Shown: positions 48,699 to 58,501, counted from the stretch's first letter. The stretch is DNA of 64,000 nt from an uncultured archaeon (GCA_963799775.1 CAWCYD010000003.1:832001-896000), one strand, 5' to 3'. Notes: a model not told the origin generated them from the letters alone. Numbers and translations: made by a program.

Positions 48699-49091
48699 AT
48701 GGAATACCCAACTCACGATGCTGTCATCAGATTGCACGAGAAAATAATCAAACAATCGGGCGGCCATCAAGGCTTCGTGAGCGTTTCGAATCTGGATTAC
48801 CTACTTGAGACGGCCAGAGACATTGGAGAAGCGTCCCAGGAGGAAAAGGCCGTCGTTCAGAAAGTCGGGTATATTCTCTTCAATTTGGTGAACCTTCATC
48901 CGTTCTTGGACGGCAACAAGAGGACGGCATACGAGGTAGCGAAAGCCTTCCTCAACTTGAACGGCTGGGATATCAAACCCTCAGAAGACGATGCCTATTC
49001 TACGCTAAAATCGATCGCTTCGGGCGAACTGGATGCCCAAGCCACCGAACGCTGGGTAGGAAGGAATTTAAGGAGAAGGCGGAAAGAGTAG
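48699..49091 (+). CDS. doc: Fic/Doc (death-on-curing) family toxin
   Basis: HPFLDGNKRTA motif; 130 aa Doc-like size. Confidence 0.92.
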   Translation: MEYPTHDAVIRLHEKIIKQSGGHQGFVSVSNLDYLLETARDIGEASQEEKAVVQKVGYILFNLVNLHPFLDGNKRTAYEVAKAFLNLNGWDIKPSEDDAYSTLKSIASGELDAQATERWVGRNLRRRRKE

Positions 49092-49099
49092 AAAGTAAC

Positions 49100-49216
49100 A
49101 TGGCGAAGCAAGTTCAGGCCAGGAATCAGAAAGAGATAGACAGGGATTTCCTAGCCTTGGCTGACGAGAATCTCAAGAAAGACGCGAAGCTTCTCAAGAA
49201 GCTTGCCGAAGTCTAA
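49100..49216 (+). CDS. 38-aa peptide downstream of doc, candidate antitoxin (below ORF cutoff)
   Basis: MAKQVQARNQKEIDRDFLALADENLKKDAKLLKKLAEV*, 8 nt after the doc stop; amphipathic LLKKLA tail. Confidence 0.65.
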   Translation: MAKQVQARNQKEIDRDFLALADENLKKDAKLLKKLAEV

Positions 49217-49230
49217 GTCACGTTAGAACA

Positions 49231-49324
49231 TCTCTGCCCGCTGCTTTCAATGGCCTTTTAGGGCCGGCTAGTTGTGCTCGGAGGCGCCCAAGATTTGGAT
49301 TCGGAAAAAGATCTGTGAGTTGTG
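49231..49324 (+). repeat. Inter-cassette direct repeat R3 (distal part of the putative ncRNA)
   Basis: TCAATGGCCTTTTAGGGCCGGCTAGTTGTGCTCGGAGGCGCCCAAGATTTGGATTCGGAAAAAGATCTGTGAGT. Confidence 0.88.
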
Positions 49325-49449
49325 AGCTCTGATTGTCTTGCGAACGTGAGCTGTGAGCTTTGAGCTGTGATTCCGGATTTCTCAGTTCCCAGCTGAATCG
49401 CATTCCTCTTCCACCCCTCGGCTTCCTCTTCCACTCTATTCCGGCTATC
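49250..49449 (-). ncRNA. Putative structured RNA / 3' element with heptamer repeats downstream of the DIP1984-like gene
   Basis: Seven 7-nt units (CTCACAG consensus on the minus strand) in blocks of 4 and 3 at 49313-49371, a doubled GTGGAAGAGGAA, a possible enclosing stem and a terminal GGCC hairpin; no convincing ORF. Confidence 0.45.
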
Positions 49450-49930
49450 CTAGGCCGTGATCTCTATCTTGTGGTTCGCCTCTTGAATCGCCGAGTCCAG
49501 AAGGTTCACTCCGCTTCCTATAGAGCAACTGCATCTCGAGAAGCTCGGGTTTTGATTTCTGTGCTCTTTGCGGGCACTCGTCCTTGGACCTCCGTTCCTG
49601 AGCAAACAGACCACCCCTTCTGTTCACCTCGACCATAGAGGAGAGCGACGTAAGTTTGGAACGGATTGCGCTGAGTTCCAATATGGCACGCGCAAGCGTC
49701 ATTTCCTTCTCACCTGCCTTCACCCTGTTCTCCAGGTTCGCGAGCTGGATCGCTATCTTGAGGTCGGCTATTCGCTCCATGGTCTTGTCGATCTGCTCGG
49801 AGAGCTGGTCGAACTTGAAGTCCGGCTCTGTGTCTGAATCGTATGCCAGGCTCGACTCCCGGAACTTTGAGAGTTCGTCCGTGGTGGTCTTGAGCGTCTT
49901 TACCTCCGCGAGAGCTTCGTAGATTTTCAT
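49450..49930 (-). CDS. DIP1984-like (DUF6847-like) coiled-coil protein, 1-nt frameshift near 49510
   Basis: Two-fold internal pattern MKIYEAL..AIQLAN / MTLARAI..; corrected C-terminus VNLLDSAIQEANHKIEITA*. Confidence 0.8.
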
Positions 49931-49956
49931 TGGCTTCAACCCCTTGCAGACGGGGC

Positions 49957-50032
49957 TTTATATTCCTTACAAGTAAAGAATCCTTGGGCTTGGCTTAAGA
50001 ATCCTTTACTTTCTGGGAAAGTAGGAATCCTT
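49957..50032. promoter_or_regulatory. Divergent promoter/operator between the DIP1984-like and AbrB genes
   Basis: Minus-strand TATA (ATATAAAG) near 49956-49963; near-palindromes ATTCCTTAC-AA-GTAAAGAAT and TACTTTC-TGG-GAAAGTA; GAATCCTT three times. Confidence 0.65.
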
Positions 50033-50194
50033 TTGGCCGTCGAAATCTTGGGTACGAGCCGTCTCAGTGCGAAATTCCAGATCACAGTCTCCAAAGATGT
50101 GAGAGAGAGATTCAATCTCTCCTCCGATGACCTGATCGTCTTCTGGGACGACAATGGCAGACTGGTGCTTCGCAAGAGCACAGACAAACAGTGA
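50033..50194 (+). CDS. Stand-alone AbrB/SpoVT-family regulator (53 aa, below ORF cutoff)
   Basis: MAVEILGTSRLSAKFQITVSKDVRERFNLSSDDLIVFWDDNGRLVLRK; no toxin follows. Confidence 0.85.
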   Translation: MAVEILGTSRLSAKFQITVSKDVRERFNLSSDDLIVFWDDNGRLVLRKSTDKQ

Positions 50195-50531
50195 CTCTCT
50201 GGCAAGTCGGGTTGCATTACTAACTCATGTCGGGACATATATTAGCGCCCATGCGGGCTTGCACGGCCCCTCGCCGTATGTCTCGCGGTTTGCGCTACTT
50301 CCCGATGGCCCGAACCAAGGAGAGAACGCTCTCAGGAACCATTTCTTTCCTTTCACCGTCCGCCAAGATCTCGCGGCGAATATCAAACGCCGTCTGAGAT
50401 GACGTTCGAAGATCCCGGTATGGAGACGTGCAGGGAATGCAGCGCCTTGATGTTTTCCGTAGCGGTCTTCCGGAGGTCGAACCTATCGAGGAAGTCGTTG
50501 ACTTGCCTCCAGACCTTCCTACCCCTCATCT

Positions 50532-51360
50532 CTAGACTCCGCCGCACCCGTTTGTGCAGGTGTACCAGGCATCCACGCTTGTGCCGTCGGCGACTACAGC
50601 CAACGGTCGCGTGTTGCCACCTGTGCCCCAGTGGTCGAAGAGAACATCGTGGGTTGAGCCATGGCACAGATCGCAGTCACTAGGATAGATGTAGTACGTG
50701 GCACCCACAGTCAGACCGGTGAAGGTGTGCCCGCCTTCGTCTGCGAATCCTGTAGCGACCACGTTACTACAGCCGGGGTCGGAACAGAGGCTGACCCACA
50801 TCGACGCCCCGGGGCCGGAGCAGCTCGTGGTGCACCACGCGGTCGGGTTGGCGCAGGCCGTCGCGAAACATGGGGCCCAGTAAGTAGCGTAGACCCTGTG
50901 GTCATAGATCGTTATCGTTCCCGTCCCGCTTCCAACGCTGGTCGATGTAGTGGTTGTGGTACTAGTTGTTGTAGTGGCAGTAGTGCTGGTAGTCGTAGTG
51001 GTGGTGGTCGGCGTCCCGGGGGTGACTTCGCCGTAGGATCCGTACGTAGTCTGTGAGCCGTACGGGCCGGCAAGGATGTACGAGGTCCCTGATGGGTAGT
51101 ACGCGCCGGCGGCGTTATTGGCAGCCCCTGGACTCGCAAAGTTGCATTGGACCACGCTGACTCCGCCCGGTACGCTATCGCCAAAGGCCCAGGGGTTCGA
51201 AGGCGGAAGAGGCGTCGACCCGGTGATGGTCTGAGGGCAAGAGCTCGACGAGGTGGTCGAAGCGGTGGAAAACGAAGTGGCGCCTGCGTTAGCGAAAGAT
51301 AAGGTGATCATAAGAATAGAGGCTAGAATGGCCAGTGGCGTCCTAAGGGCCCGTTTCATG
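50532..51360 (-). CDS. Secreted Cys-rich protein with Thr-rich linker
   Basis: Signal peptide, poly-Thr linker, C-terminal beta-rich domain (TFTGL..YYIYP..FDHW) with many Cys including CDLCH. Confidence 0.75.
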
Positions 51361-51569
51361 AATGCATTACAGCGGAATCTTCGAAATGGATATCCCACTA
51401 ATCTTAGGTAATCATCTTATGGGAGCTAAGTGCGTCAAAGGGACAGGGTCGGCCTCCCCGCGAGGAGGATTGCCATTACAGAGTTGGCAGACCTTTGGCC
51501 AATTCGGCTATTTATGGTAGAAACAGGCAGCAAAAACACAATTAACGGCTCGCCAGCCATGCGGCTGAG

Positions 51570-52315
51570 ATGGGGACCGCGAGTGTTGCAGGTAATCTTG
51601 TTCGCGACCCCGTGGCCGCGCTTCGCTTTCTAGGCGGAGGAAAGGAGGGAATCCATCGCTTGGCGGTCGCACGGCTGCTAGGCATTGGTTCTCAAAGATT
51701 GGACGGGCTCTATCTGGAGCTTCAGAGAAGAACGCGATTCGCAGAACACGTGAAGGCTGCTGCAGCCTCAGCCGGCAGGCCGCTCGGCGGCTTTGTGAGA
51801 CCTTCTGACCTTTATGTGATATGCAGGTATCTGAGACCGAAAACCGTCGTCGAGACCGGTGTCGCCAGCGGGCTGTCGTCTGCCTATATTCTTCAAGCTC
51901 TTGACGATAACGGTATCGGGAGACTCTACTCCATCGACCTACCAAACGCCGATACCGAGGAGCTGCTCGGGAAGGTCATGACCAACTTGCCGGAGGGGAG
52001 TGAGCCAGGATGGATGGTTCCAGAGTGGTTGAGATCAAGGTGGGGCACATTCGGCTCGGTAAGACGCTCAATCTACTACCTCCCCTGGTCAAGGAGCTGG
52101 ACACGATCGACGTCTTCCTCCACGACAGCGAGCACACTCGCGAAAACATGACCTTCGAGTTCGAGGAAACGTGGCCAAAGATACCGAGTGGAGGCCTGCT
52201 GTTGTCTGACGACGTGAACTTGGCCGTAACCGGAGGAGCATTCTACGAATTCGCAGCTAGAGCAGGAAGAAGACCTGCGCGCATCTATGCCGGCTACGGC
52301 GCCATCAGGAAGTGA
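51570..52315 (+). CDS. Class I SAM methyltransferase (Methyltransf_24-like), frameshift near 52045
   Basis: VVETGVASGLSS, LYSIDLP, FLHDSEHT, GGLLLSDDV. Confidence 0.88.
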
Positions 52316-53565
52316 AGGATCGGCTGATCATGCCGGAGCCGAAAAAAGGCCGCGCCAGACAAAAGGCAGTCATACTTCTTTCCAACGACTTGTCGCATCC
52401 CTCACTCTCGAAGCAGCAGTACGCATTCTCTTGGAGAATAAACAGGCTCAGGCCTCTGCTCAGGCAAGGCTATGCGGTGGTCATCGTCGCCGCAGGTGGG
52501 AGAGTCAACCGACGAGGCTTGCCCAGCATCTCCGGCCTCAAGCCTAGCATAAGGACAGATGGGAACACGATCCTCATTTCGCCGCCTGTAATCCGCATCC
52601 CGATGCTTTGGCTCTTCCAGAGCCTTTTCCTCACTCCGCTCTGTGTCTTTCTCTATTGTAGGGCCAGGGGTCTGCAGGTCGAGGCCATATTCGCAGCCTC
52701 CGTTCCCTATGGCGCGGTTGCCAAGGTGCTCAACCGTCTTCTCAGGACTGTGCTCATAGTGGATTACGGAGATCCTGACTTTTCAAGAGAGAGGTCTCTC
52801 GGACTAGCGGTCCTGCTGTTCCTGGAGCGATACGTGCTCGCCAGGAAGGGGGTGGACGCCGTGACCTGCATCGACCCCAACATCGGGAGGTACATGGAGC
52901 GGTACGGAGTGCGAGCCACTTTTCTCCCTCCGGGAGGATTCTGGAAGGAGCCTCCGGGGCCGGAGCAAGAGAAGACGCTCAAGCGCGAAGAGGAGCCCGA
53001 TGGCTATGTCGTTTACGCGGGCCACGTCGCTCCGCCTCCAGCGTACAGGCTCGATTTGCTGGCAGAGGCTGCGCCTGAGATATTGAAGCAAAGACCTGAA
53101 TCTGCGATCACAGTGGTCGGGGATGGGGCATATTTGCCAGCGCTCAAGAAGAAGGTGAGGGAGCTCAAGCTTGAGAAAAGATTCCAATTCTTGGGGTCCG
53201 TGTCATACGAGAAAGCGAAGGAAAAGATCGCCGGGGCAGCCGTCGCTGTCCAACTCCTTAACGACATGTGCCTTGGGACCAAGGTCGTGGACTACTTCGC
53301 GGCGGGGAAGGCTGTGGTCTCCTGCGGCGCCTGGCACGCCTCCTATGATGAGTTTCTCATCGATGGAGTAAACTGCCTCCTCGTTCCCCCAGACGCGAGC
53401 AAGCTTGGGGAGGCAATCATCGAGCTTCTCTCCAGGCCCGATCTCAGGGAAGCACTCGGGAGAAAAGCGTTCGACACCGTATCAAGGTACGACTACGATT
53501 CTCAGGCGAAGGTCATCCTCGGGTTGATTGCTCAAGCTCGGTCCAAGAAAGCGGTCTCGCTATAG
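52312..53565 (+). CDS. GT4 glycosyltransferase
   Basis: VVGDG, FLGSVSY, TKVVDYFAAGKAVV, DGVNCLLVPP. Confidence 0.88.
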   Translation: MKDRLIMPEPKKGRARQKAVILLSNDLSHPSLSKQQYAFSWRINRLRPLLRQGYAVVIVAAGGRVNRRGLPSISGLKPSIRTDGNTILISPPVIRIPMLWLFQSLFLTPLCVFLYCRARGLQVEAIFAASVPYGAVAKVLNRLLRTVLIVDYGDPDFSRERSLGLAVLLFLERYVLARKGVDAVTCIDPNIGRYMERYGVRATFLPPGGFWKEPPGPEQEKTLKREEEPDGYVVYAGHVAPPPAYRLDLLAEAAPEILKQRPESAITVVGDGAYLPALKKKVRELKLEKRFQFLGSVSYEKAKEKIAGAAVAVQLLNDMCLGTKVVDYFAAGKAVVSCGAWHASYDEFLIDGVNCLLVPPDASKLGEAIIELLSRPDLREALGRKAFDTVSRYDYDSQAKVILGLIAQARSKKAVSL

Positions 53566-53569
53566 CAGC

Positions 53570-54829
53570 TCAGCGCTGCGCTATGACTTCCGTGTAGATC
53601 TCCTCCAACCTGCGGCCAGCGTACCCAATCGTAAATCGGTCCGAGAGCTCTCTGCCCTCCCTCCCTTTTTGTTCGAGAACCTCAGGCCTTTGAAGATATT
53701 CCAGAAGGGTGCGCCCCGCGACTCCGGGGTTCTGGTCTACGAGAAAACCGCCTACTTGATCTATCTCATCGCGCGGATTTCGCTTGAAGGCAGCGACAGG
53801 TCTGCCGCAGGCGAAGGCCTCGATGGTGACCGAGCCCTCGTTCAGCTTCTCAAGTGGGTAAGGGACGAAGACCAATTCGACCGCAGCGTAGAAGGTAGCC
53901 AATCGGTCGTGGTCGACGCGCCCATAGATCTTTACCCGGTCTGAGAGCCGTCTTTCCCTCACATACTGGGCTAAGTCTTCCTCGCCGGGTCCCCATCCAA
54001 TGATGTGGAGAATGCAATCTGAGAGCCCCTGACTACCGGCCTCAGCGAAGACATCGACCAGGAGATACGGGTTCTTCGCAAACCCGATCGAATGTCGAAG
54101 CGGGATAAAAGTCACGGAGAGAATGTTGGTCTTGGTCGGATCCATTCCCACCTGGGCCTGGGACTTTGACTTGTCGAGTTGATGAAAGACATCTGGGTCG
54201 ATTATGGGGGCGTCGAAGTGTTTCTGCTTGGCTCGCTTCACACCGAGGAAGGTCGTTAGGGCTCGAATCTCAGACTCGTAGTCCCCAACGAGGACACCAT
54301 CGCAGGCCTTCATGCTCGGAGACAAAAGCACTTTCCAGACGGAAGCGGGCAAGGCCCCGCTGGGGAGTGAACCTCCGGTATACTGGCAAACTGTAGCAAA
54401 CCGGGACGCTGTCAGGAATGCGGGGAGAAAGAACAGGGAATAGTAGCTGGAGTAGTGCAGGACGTCGATCTCGTCCGCGGAGGCCTGCCGAAACAACCCA
54501 AGGGTGAAGGGAGTGCCCTGCAGGAGCCTCAACTCTGTGGTGTAGCCGCCCTCGTATCTCTTAGGCCTGAGAAGGGACCTGGGGGCAAGAATTCGATCGT
54601 AGACGGGGATTCGTTTCACAAGGTGTCCGAACTTGTGAGTGTAGGTGACCGGCTTGTCTACGCCGATGGAGGGGACGTATTTGATGCACTCGTGCCCCCT
54701 CCGGGCGAGAGAGAGGCAATAGTAATCGAGGTACGAGCCCCACCCGAGAGATTTATCCCAGGGGACGAACCTCCCCTCGAGAAGCTCGGTAACGACCATC
54801 CCGACCCTCAAGTCTGTCAGACGGGGCAT
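53570..54829 (-). CDS. GT4 glycosyltransferase
   Basis: IIGWGP, YGRVDH, IEAFACGRPV. Confidence 0.88.
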   Translation of the reverse strand: MPRLTDLRVGMVVTELLEGRFVPWDKSLGWGSYLDYYCLSLARRGHECIKYVPSIGVDKPVTYTHKFGHLVKRIPVYDRILAPRSLLRPKRYEGGYTTELRLLQGTPFTLGLFRQASADEIDVLHYSSYYSLFFLPAFLTASRFATVCQYTGGSLPSGALPASVWKVLLSPSMKACDGVLVGDYESEIRALTTFLGVKRAKQKHFDAPIIDPDVFHQLDKSKSQAQVGMDPTKTNILSVTFIPLRHSIGFAKNPYLLVDVFAEAGSQGLSDCILHIIGWGPGEEDLAQYVRERRLSDRVKIYGRVDHDRLATFYAAVELVFVPYPLEKLNEGSVTIEAFACGRPVAAFKRNPRDEIDQVGGFLVDQNPGVAGRTLLEYLQRPEVLEQKGREGRELSDRFTIGYAGRRLEEIYTEVIAQR

Positions 54830-54909
54830 CGACTCCGCTTATTAGGAATGAGGGGGTCGAGTGCTCTCTGGCCAGAGCTGGTTCTATCGGAAAGCACTAA
54901 AGCAGTTTC

Positions 54910-55911
54910 ATGTTAGGGTCTGACAAATTGGCGAAGAGGAGCCTGGCCGGCCAGAATGTAATGGTGACTGGAGGTGCCGGGTTCATCGGGAGCCACCTAG
55001 CAGATAGAATCATGGAGGAAGAACCCGCGAAGCTCGTCGTCCTCGACGACTTTTCCCTCGGAAAGATGAGGAACCTAGCATCGCTCAGGAGCCACCACGA
55101 GACAAAGGTCAAGGCGCAAGACGCCAACGATTATCCAAAGCTGCGAAAAGTACTGGACGAGGAGAAAATCGACGTGGTTTTCAACCTCGCCGTGATACCC
55201 CTTCCCAAGTCGCTGGAGCTTCCTTTGGAAACGGTGCTCACAAACGTGACAATAACCACGAACCTCTGCGAGCTGCTAAGGAAAGGGACATTCGATGTGC
55301 TTGTTCACTGCTCTTCTTCAGAGGCGTACGGAACTGCTCTCTATGTTCCCATGGACGAAGAGCACCCTGAGAACCCCCTCACGCCCTATGCAGCGAGCAA
55401 GATCGCGTCGGACCAGGTCGCCGTTTCCTACTTCAAGACCTTCGACCTTGACATATCGATCGCGAGGCCCTTCAACTGCTATGGACCACGACAAAACGAG
55501 AAGTCGTACGCCGGCGTCATCCCTCTGACCATAGAGAGAATTTTGAGGGGGAAGGCCCCGGTGGTCTTCGGAGACGGCAAGCAGACCAGAGATTACACTT
55601 TTGTCGAAGACACAGTCGAAGGCATCGTCGGGGTCTTCGGCTGCGAAGGGGCGAGAGGAAGGATTGTGAACATCGCCAGTGGAAAGGAAGTGAGGATAGG
55701 CCTACTGGTTGAAAAAATCGCAAAGATAATGGGTTGGAAGGGGAAGGTCGTCCACAGGCCCGCTAGGGCGGGAGACGTCTTGCGGCACAAGGGCGACATT
55801 TCTCTAGCCAAGAAGCTCTTTGGATACATGCCGAAGACGAATTTCGATGAGGGCTTGAAAGAGACGGTAGCCTGGTACTCACGCGAGCTTAAATCCCCGC
55901 AGAACTCCTGA
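54910..55911 (+). CDS. NAD-dependent NDP-sugar epimerase/dehydratase (extended SDR)
   Basis: TGGAGFIGSH, SSSEAYG, YAASK, RPFNCYGPRQ, GDGKQTRDYTFVED. Confidence 0.93.
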   Translation: MLGSDKLAKRSLAGQNVMVTGGAGFIGSHLADRIMEEEPAKLVVLDDFSLGKMRNLASLRSHHETKVKAQDANDYPKLRKVLDEEKIDVVFNLAVIPLPKSLELPLETVLTNVTITTNLCELLRKGTFDVLVHCSSSEAYGTALYVPMDEEHPENPLTPYAASKIASDQVAVSYFKTFDLDISIARPFNCYGPRQNEKSYAGVIPLTIERILRGKAPVVFGDGKQTRDYTFVEDTVEGIVGVFGCEGARGRIVNIASGKEVRIGLLVEKIAKIMGWKGKVVHRPARAGDVLRHKGDISLAKKLFGYMPKTNFDEGLKETVAWYSRELKSPQNS

Positions 55912-55920
55912 CCAAGGCGT

Positions 55921-56328
55921 TTGGCCAAGGCAAACATGGCCAGGTTCGTGGCGCCGAACGCGACATTGCTAGGGAAGAAGCTTCGGGTCGGAGAAGGAAC
56001 TTGGATAGGCTTCTACTGTCTCATCGACTCGCAGTTAGCCTCCCTGAGGATAGGAAAATGGTGCGACATCTCGTCCGGAGCTCACATCTACACTCATTCG
56101 ACACATCTCCGCTGCACTGAGAGGGGGAAAAAGATCATAGGGCCTGTGACTATCGGTGACCATGTGTTCATCGGCGCCAATTCGGTGATACTGCCCGGTA
56201 CCAAGATAGGGCATCATTCGCTTGTTGGGGCACTTTCAGTTGTGAAAGGCGAGTTCCCACCGCATTCTCTCATCGTCGGGGCGCCGGCCAAACTCAAAGC
56301 TTCATTGGAAAAAGCAGGCACCGGGTAG
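55921..56328 (+). CDS. Hexapeptide-repeat (LbH) acyltransferase
   Basis: VGEGTWIG, IGDHVFIGANSVILPG, VGAPAK. Confidence 0.9.
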   Translation: MAKANMARFVAPNATLLGKKLRVGEGTWIGFYCLIDSQLASLRIGKWCDISSGAHIYTHSTHLRCTERGKKIIGPVTIGDHVFIGANSVILPGTKIGHHSLVGALSVVKGEFPPHSLIVGAPAKLKASLEKAGTG

Positions 56329-56369
56329 ACACCTGATAGTCCTTGCGGCCAATTCCCTAGAGTAGAGAC

Positions 56370-57334
56370 TTACGAACTTCGGATCAATTCGAGGACTTGG
56401 TCTCTTACGGCATATCTCTGGATGGGACTGTCGCCGATGAACTCTCGCATTATCTTTGGATGGTCGCCTTCGGGTATGGTAACCATCCCTTGAGGATAGT
56501 TTGCCGTCGCGACGCTGGAATTTGCATAAGCATCTCGAAGCATCTTCATCGCGCTCCTCCAGAAATCCTGCGGCTCGCCGTTGGCCATAGATTCTAGAGC
56601 CTTCATCATGTTCTGGGGTTCGTCCGTCTCAGCGCCGAAGAGCTGCGCGTGCCCCTTCATCTTCTCCAGGAAGTTCGCGGGAAATAGCGAGTAATACCTG
56701 AAGACGGGCCTCGGGAGGTCGATGGCCCTCGTGAACTCGCCGAAAGATGGGTCCGCGTACACCCTTTCCATGCCTCTGTATAGGTAGACGATGAGCATCA
56801 TGGGATGAAGTAGGTTTCTGAACGTCTCACGGCGCACGAATGACCGATTTATGCCCAGCGTCCAAGCGTCGTCCACGGCCTCAACGTAATCCAGGTTCTT
56901 GCTGAACCTCAACCTGAAACCCTCAAGGAACCTCAAGTTGTTGAGTAGATACATGAAGGGGAAACTGAAGGTACCTTACCGTCGGCAACATCTCGGGGAG
57001 CTCAGATATGTATTTGGTGCTCTCCTCATGCACGATTTCGTTTGCCTGCAAGTAGAAAATGTAGTCGGACTTGCAGCGTCGCCTGACAGCGTTCGTCACC
57101 TCCTTGTAGACTGCACCCCCCTTTTTCTTGTTGATGGGCCATTCGTCTTTGAAGAGTCTTATCTTTCGGTTTAGTGCGCTGGCCTTCTCGAGGGCTTCAT
57201 AGGTTCCCGTCCGTGGAATACCCGTCCGAAACGAGAAACTCGTCGCAGATGGGCAGGGCGGATGCTATCGTCTCCAGAAACGGATACCCTTGGACTATCC
57301 CATTCCTGATAGTTGTGAAACCCGTTATCCCCAT
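56370..57334 (-). CDS. GT2-like glycosyltransferase broken by about 4 frameshifts
   Basis: Manual re-framing gives MGITGFTTIRNG..YPFLE..CDEFLVSDGYSTDGT..YIFYLQANEIVHE, joining the 56370..56954 ORF. Confidence 0.75.
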
Positions 57335-57346
57335 CTTCGTGCCTTC

Positions 57347-58501
57347 CTAGAGCGAGATCTTCGCTAAAGAGTCGACCACGTAGGCCTGTTGCTCCTCGCG
57401 TAGCGATTCGAAGAGGGGAAGCGTAAGCGAGCGCGCATAGAGCTTCATGCTGTTCTTTAGATCGCTGGCGGCTCTGACCCCCTTGAACGCGGGTTGACTC
57501 TTGAGAGAATACGTCCCCACCTGGGTTTCAATGCTGAACTTTTCTCTCATCAAGCGCATGCATCGGATGGTATCGGGGAATGACTTTCCCAGCACCAAGA
57601 CGAAGGACTGGTACGTGTGATACGCCCAACTCTCCTCGGTGGGTGCTTTGACATCTAGCCTTCTAGACCTAAGCAGTTCCTGGTACACCTTCGCCTGTCT
57701 CCTTCTGGAACTGATGATCGCATCCAACTTTGCAAGTTGCGCGATTCCGATGGCCGCGTGCACGTCGCTCATTCGATAGTTTAGCCCGTTGTAACGGAAC
57801 TCAATGTTCTCTTTCTTGTTCTTGACCTGACCGTGACTCCGCATCGCGACCGCCTTGTCATAGACATCCCCGTCATCGGTTGCCAGGCATCCTCCCTCCG
57901 CAGTCGTCAGCAACTTTCGGGGATGGAAACTGAAACAGACCGCCCTGCCCGAGCTTCCGACGAGCCTCCGTCTATACCGAGTCCCGATGGCGGTAGCGGC
58001 GTCCTCTATCACTTCAATGCCCGCTTTCTCTGCCATCTCGTAGATTTCGTCCATCTCAAAGGGATGCCCAAACGGATGGACCGGCATTATAGCGCTCGTT
58101 CTATTTCTGATTGCCCTCGAAGTCTCTGAGGGGCTTATCGCATAAGTCCTGTCGCTGACATCTACGAAGACGGGTTTGCACCCACCCCTGATCACCACAT
58201 TGGCTGTAGCGGGGAACGTGAAATCCGGAACGATTATCCCGCTGCCTTTTTTCAGTCCCAGCGACTCGATCGCGAGGCTGAGCGCCGTAGTGCAAGATGA
58301 GGTCGCAACAACATACTTGGCGCCGAGGAACCGAGCGAGTCCCGTCTCGAATTCTTTGACTTTGGGGCCTTGCGCCAACCAGCCAGATTCGAGGACGCTC
58401 TGGATTTCTCGGAGCTCTTCTTCCCCCACAGATGGACGGATAAGAGGGATGAACTTGCTCGTCGCCTTATGGGTGGGCTTCGTAGCACTCGCTTCTTGCA
58501 T
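57347..58501 (-). CDS. DegT/DnrJ/EryC1/StrS PLP-dependent sugar aminotransferase
   Basis: SSCTTAL, IEDAA, FSFHPRK (PLP Lys), GLNYRMSD, LTLPLF. Confidence 0.95.
   Translation of the reverse strand: MQEASATKPTHKATSKFIPLIRPSVGEEELREIQSVLESGWLAQGPKVKEFETGLARFLGAKYVVATSSCTTALSLAIESLGLKKGSGIIVPDFTFPATANVVIRGGCKPVFVDVSDRTYAISPSETSRAIRNRTSAIMPVHPFGHPFEMDEIYEMAEKAGIEVIEDAATAIGTRYRRRLVGSSGRAVCFSFHPRKLLTTAEGGCLATDDGDVYDKAVAMRSHGQVKNKKENIEFRYNGLNYRMSDVHAAIGIAQLAKLDAIISSRRRQAKVYQELLRSRRLDVKAPTEESWAYHTYQSFVLVLGKSFPDTIRCMRLMREKFSIETQVGTYSLKSQPAFKGVRAASDLKNSMKLYARSLTLPLFESLREEQQAYVVDSLAKISL

Noticed and set aside
49209-49230. GTCTAAG..GTTAGAA after the doc peptide as an integron attC site
   Set aside because: The boxes are only a few nt apart, do not fit RYYYAAC/GTTRRRY properly and do not recur after other cassettes
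47592-49371. Repeats R1-R3 or the heptamer tract as a CRISPR array for the TnpB/Cas12f-like proteins
   Set aside because: Spacing is 0.7-0.9 kb with whole genes between copies, the heptamers have no spacers, and there are no adjacent cas genes
50383-50529. Small minus-strand ORF MRGRKVWRQVNDFLDRF..
   Set aside because: No recognisable motif; cannot be supported as a gene from sequence alone
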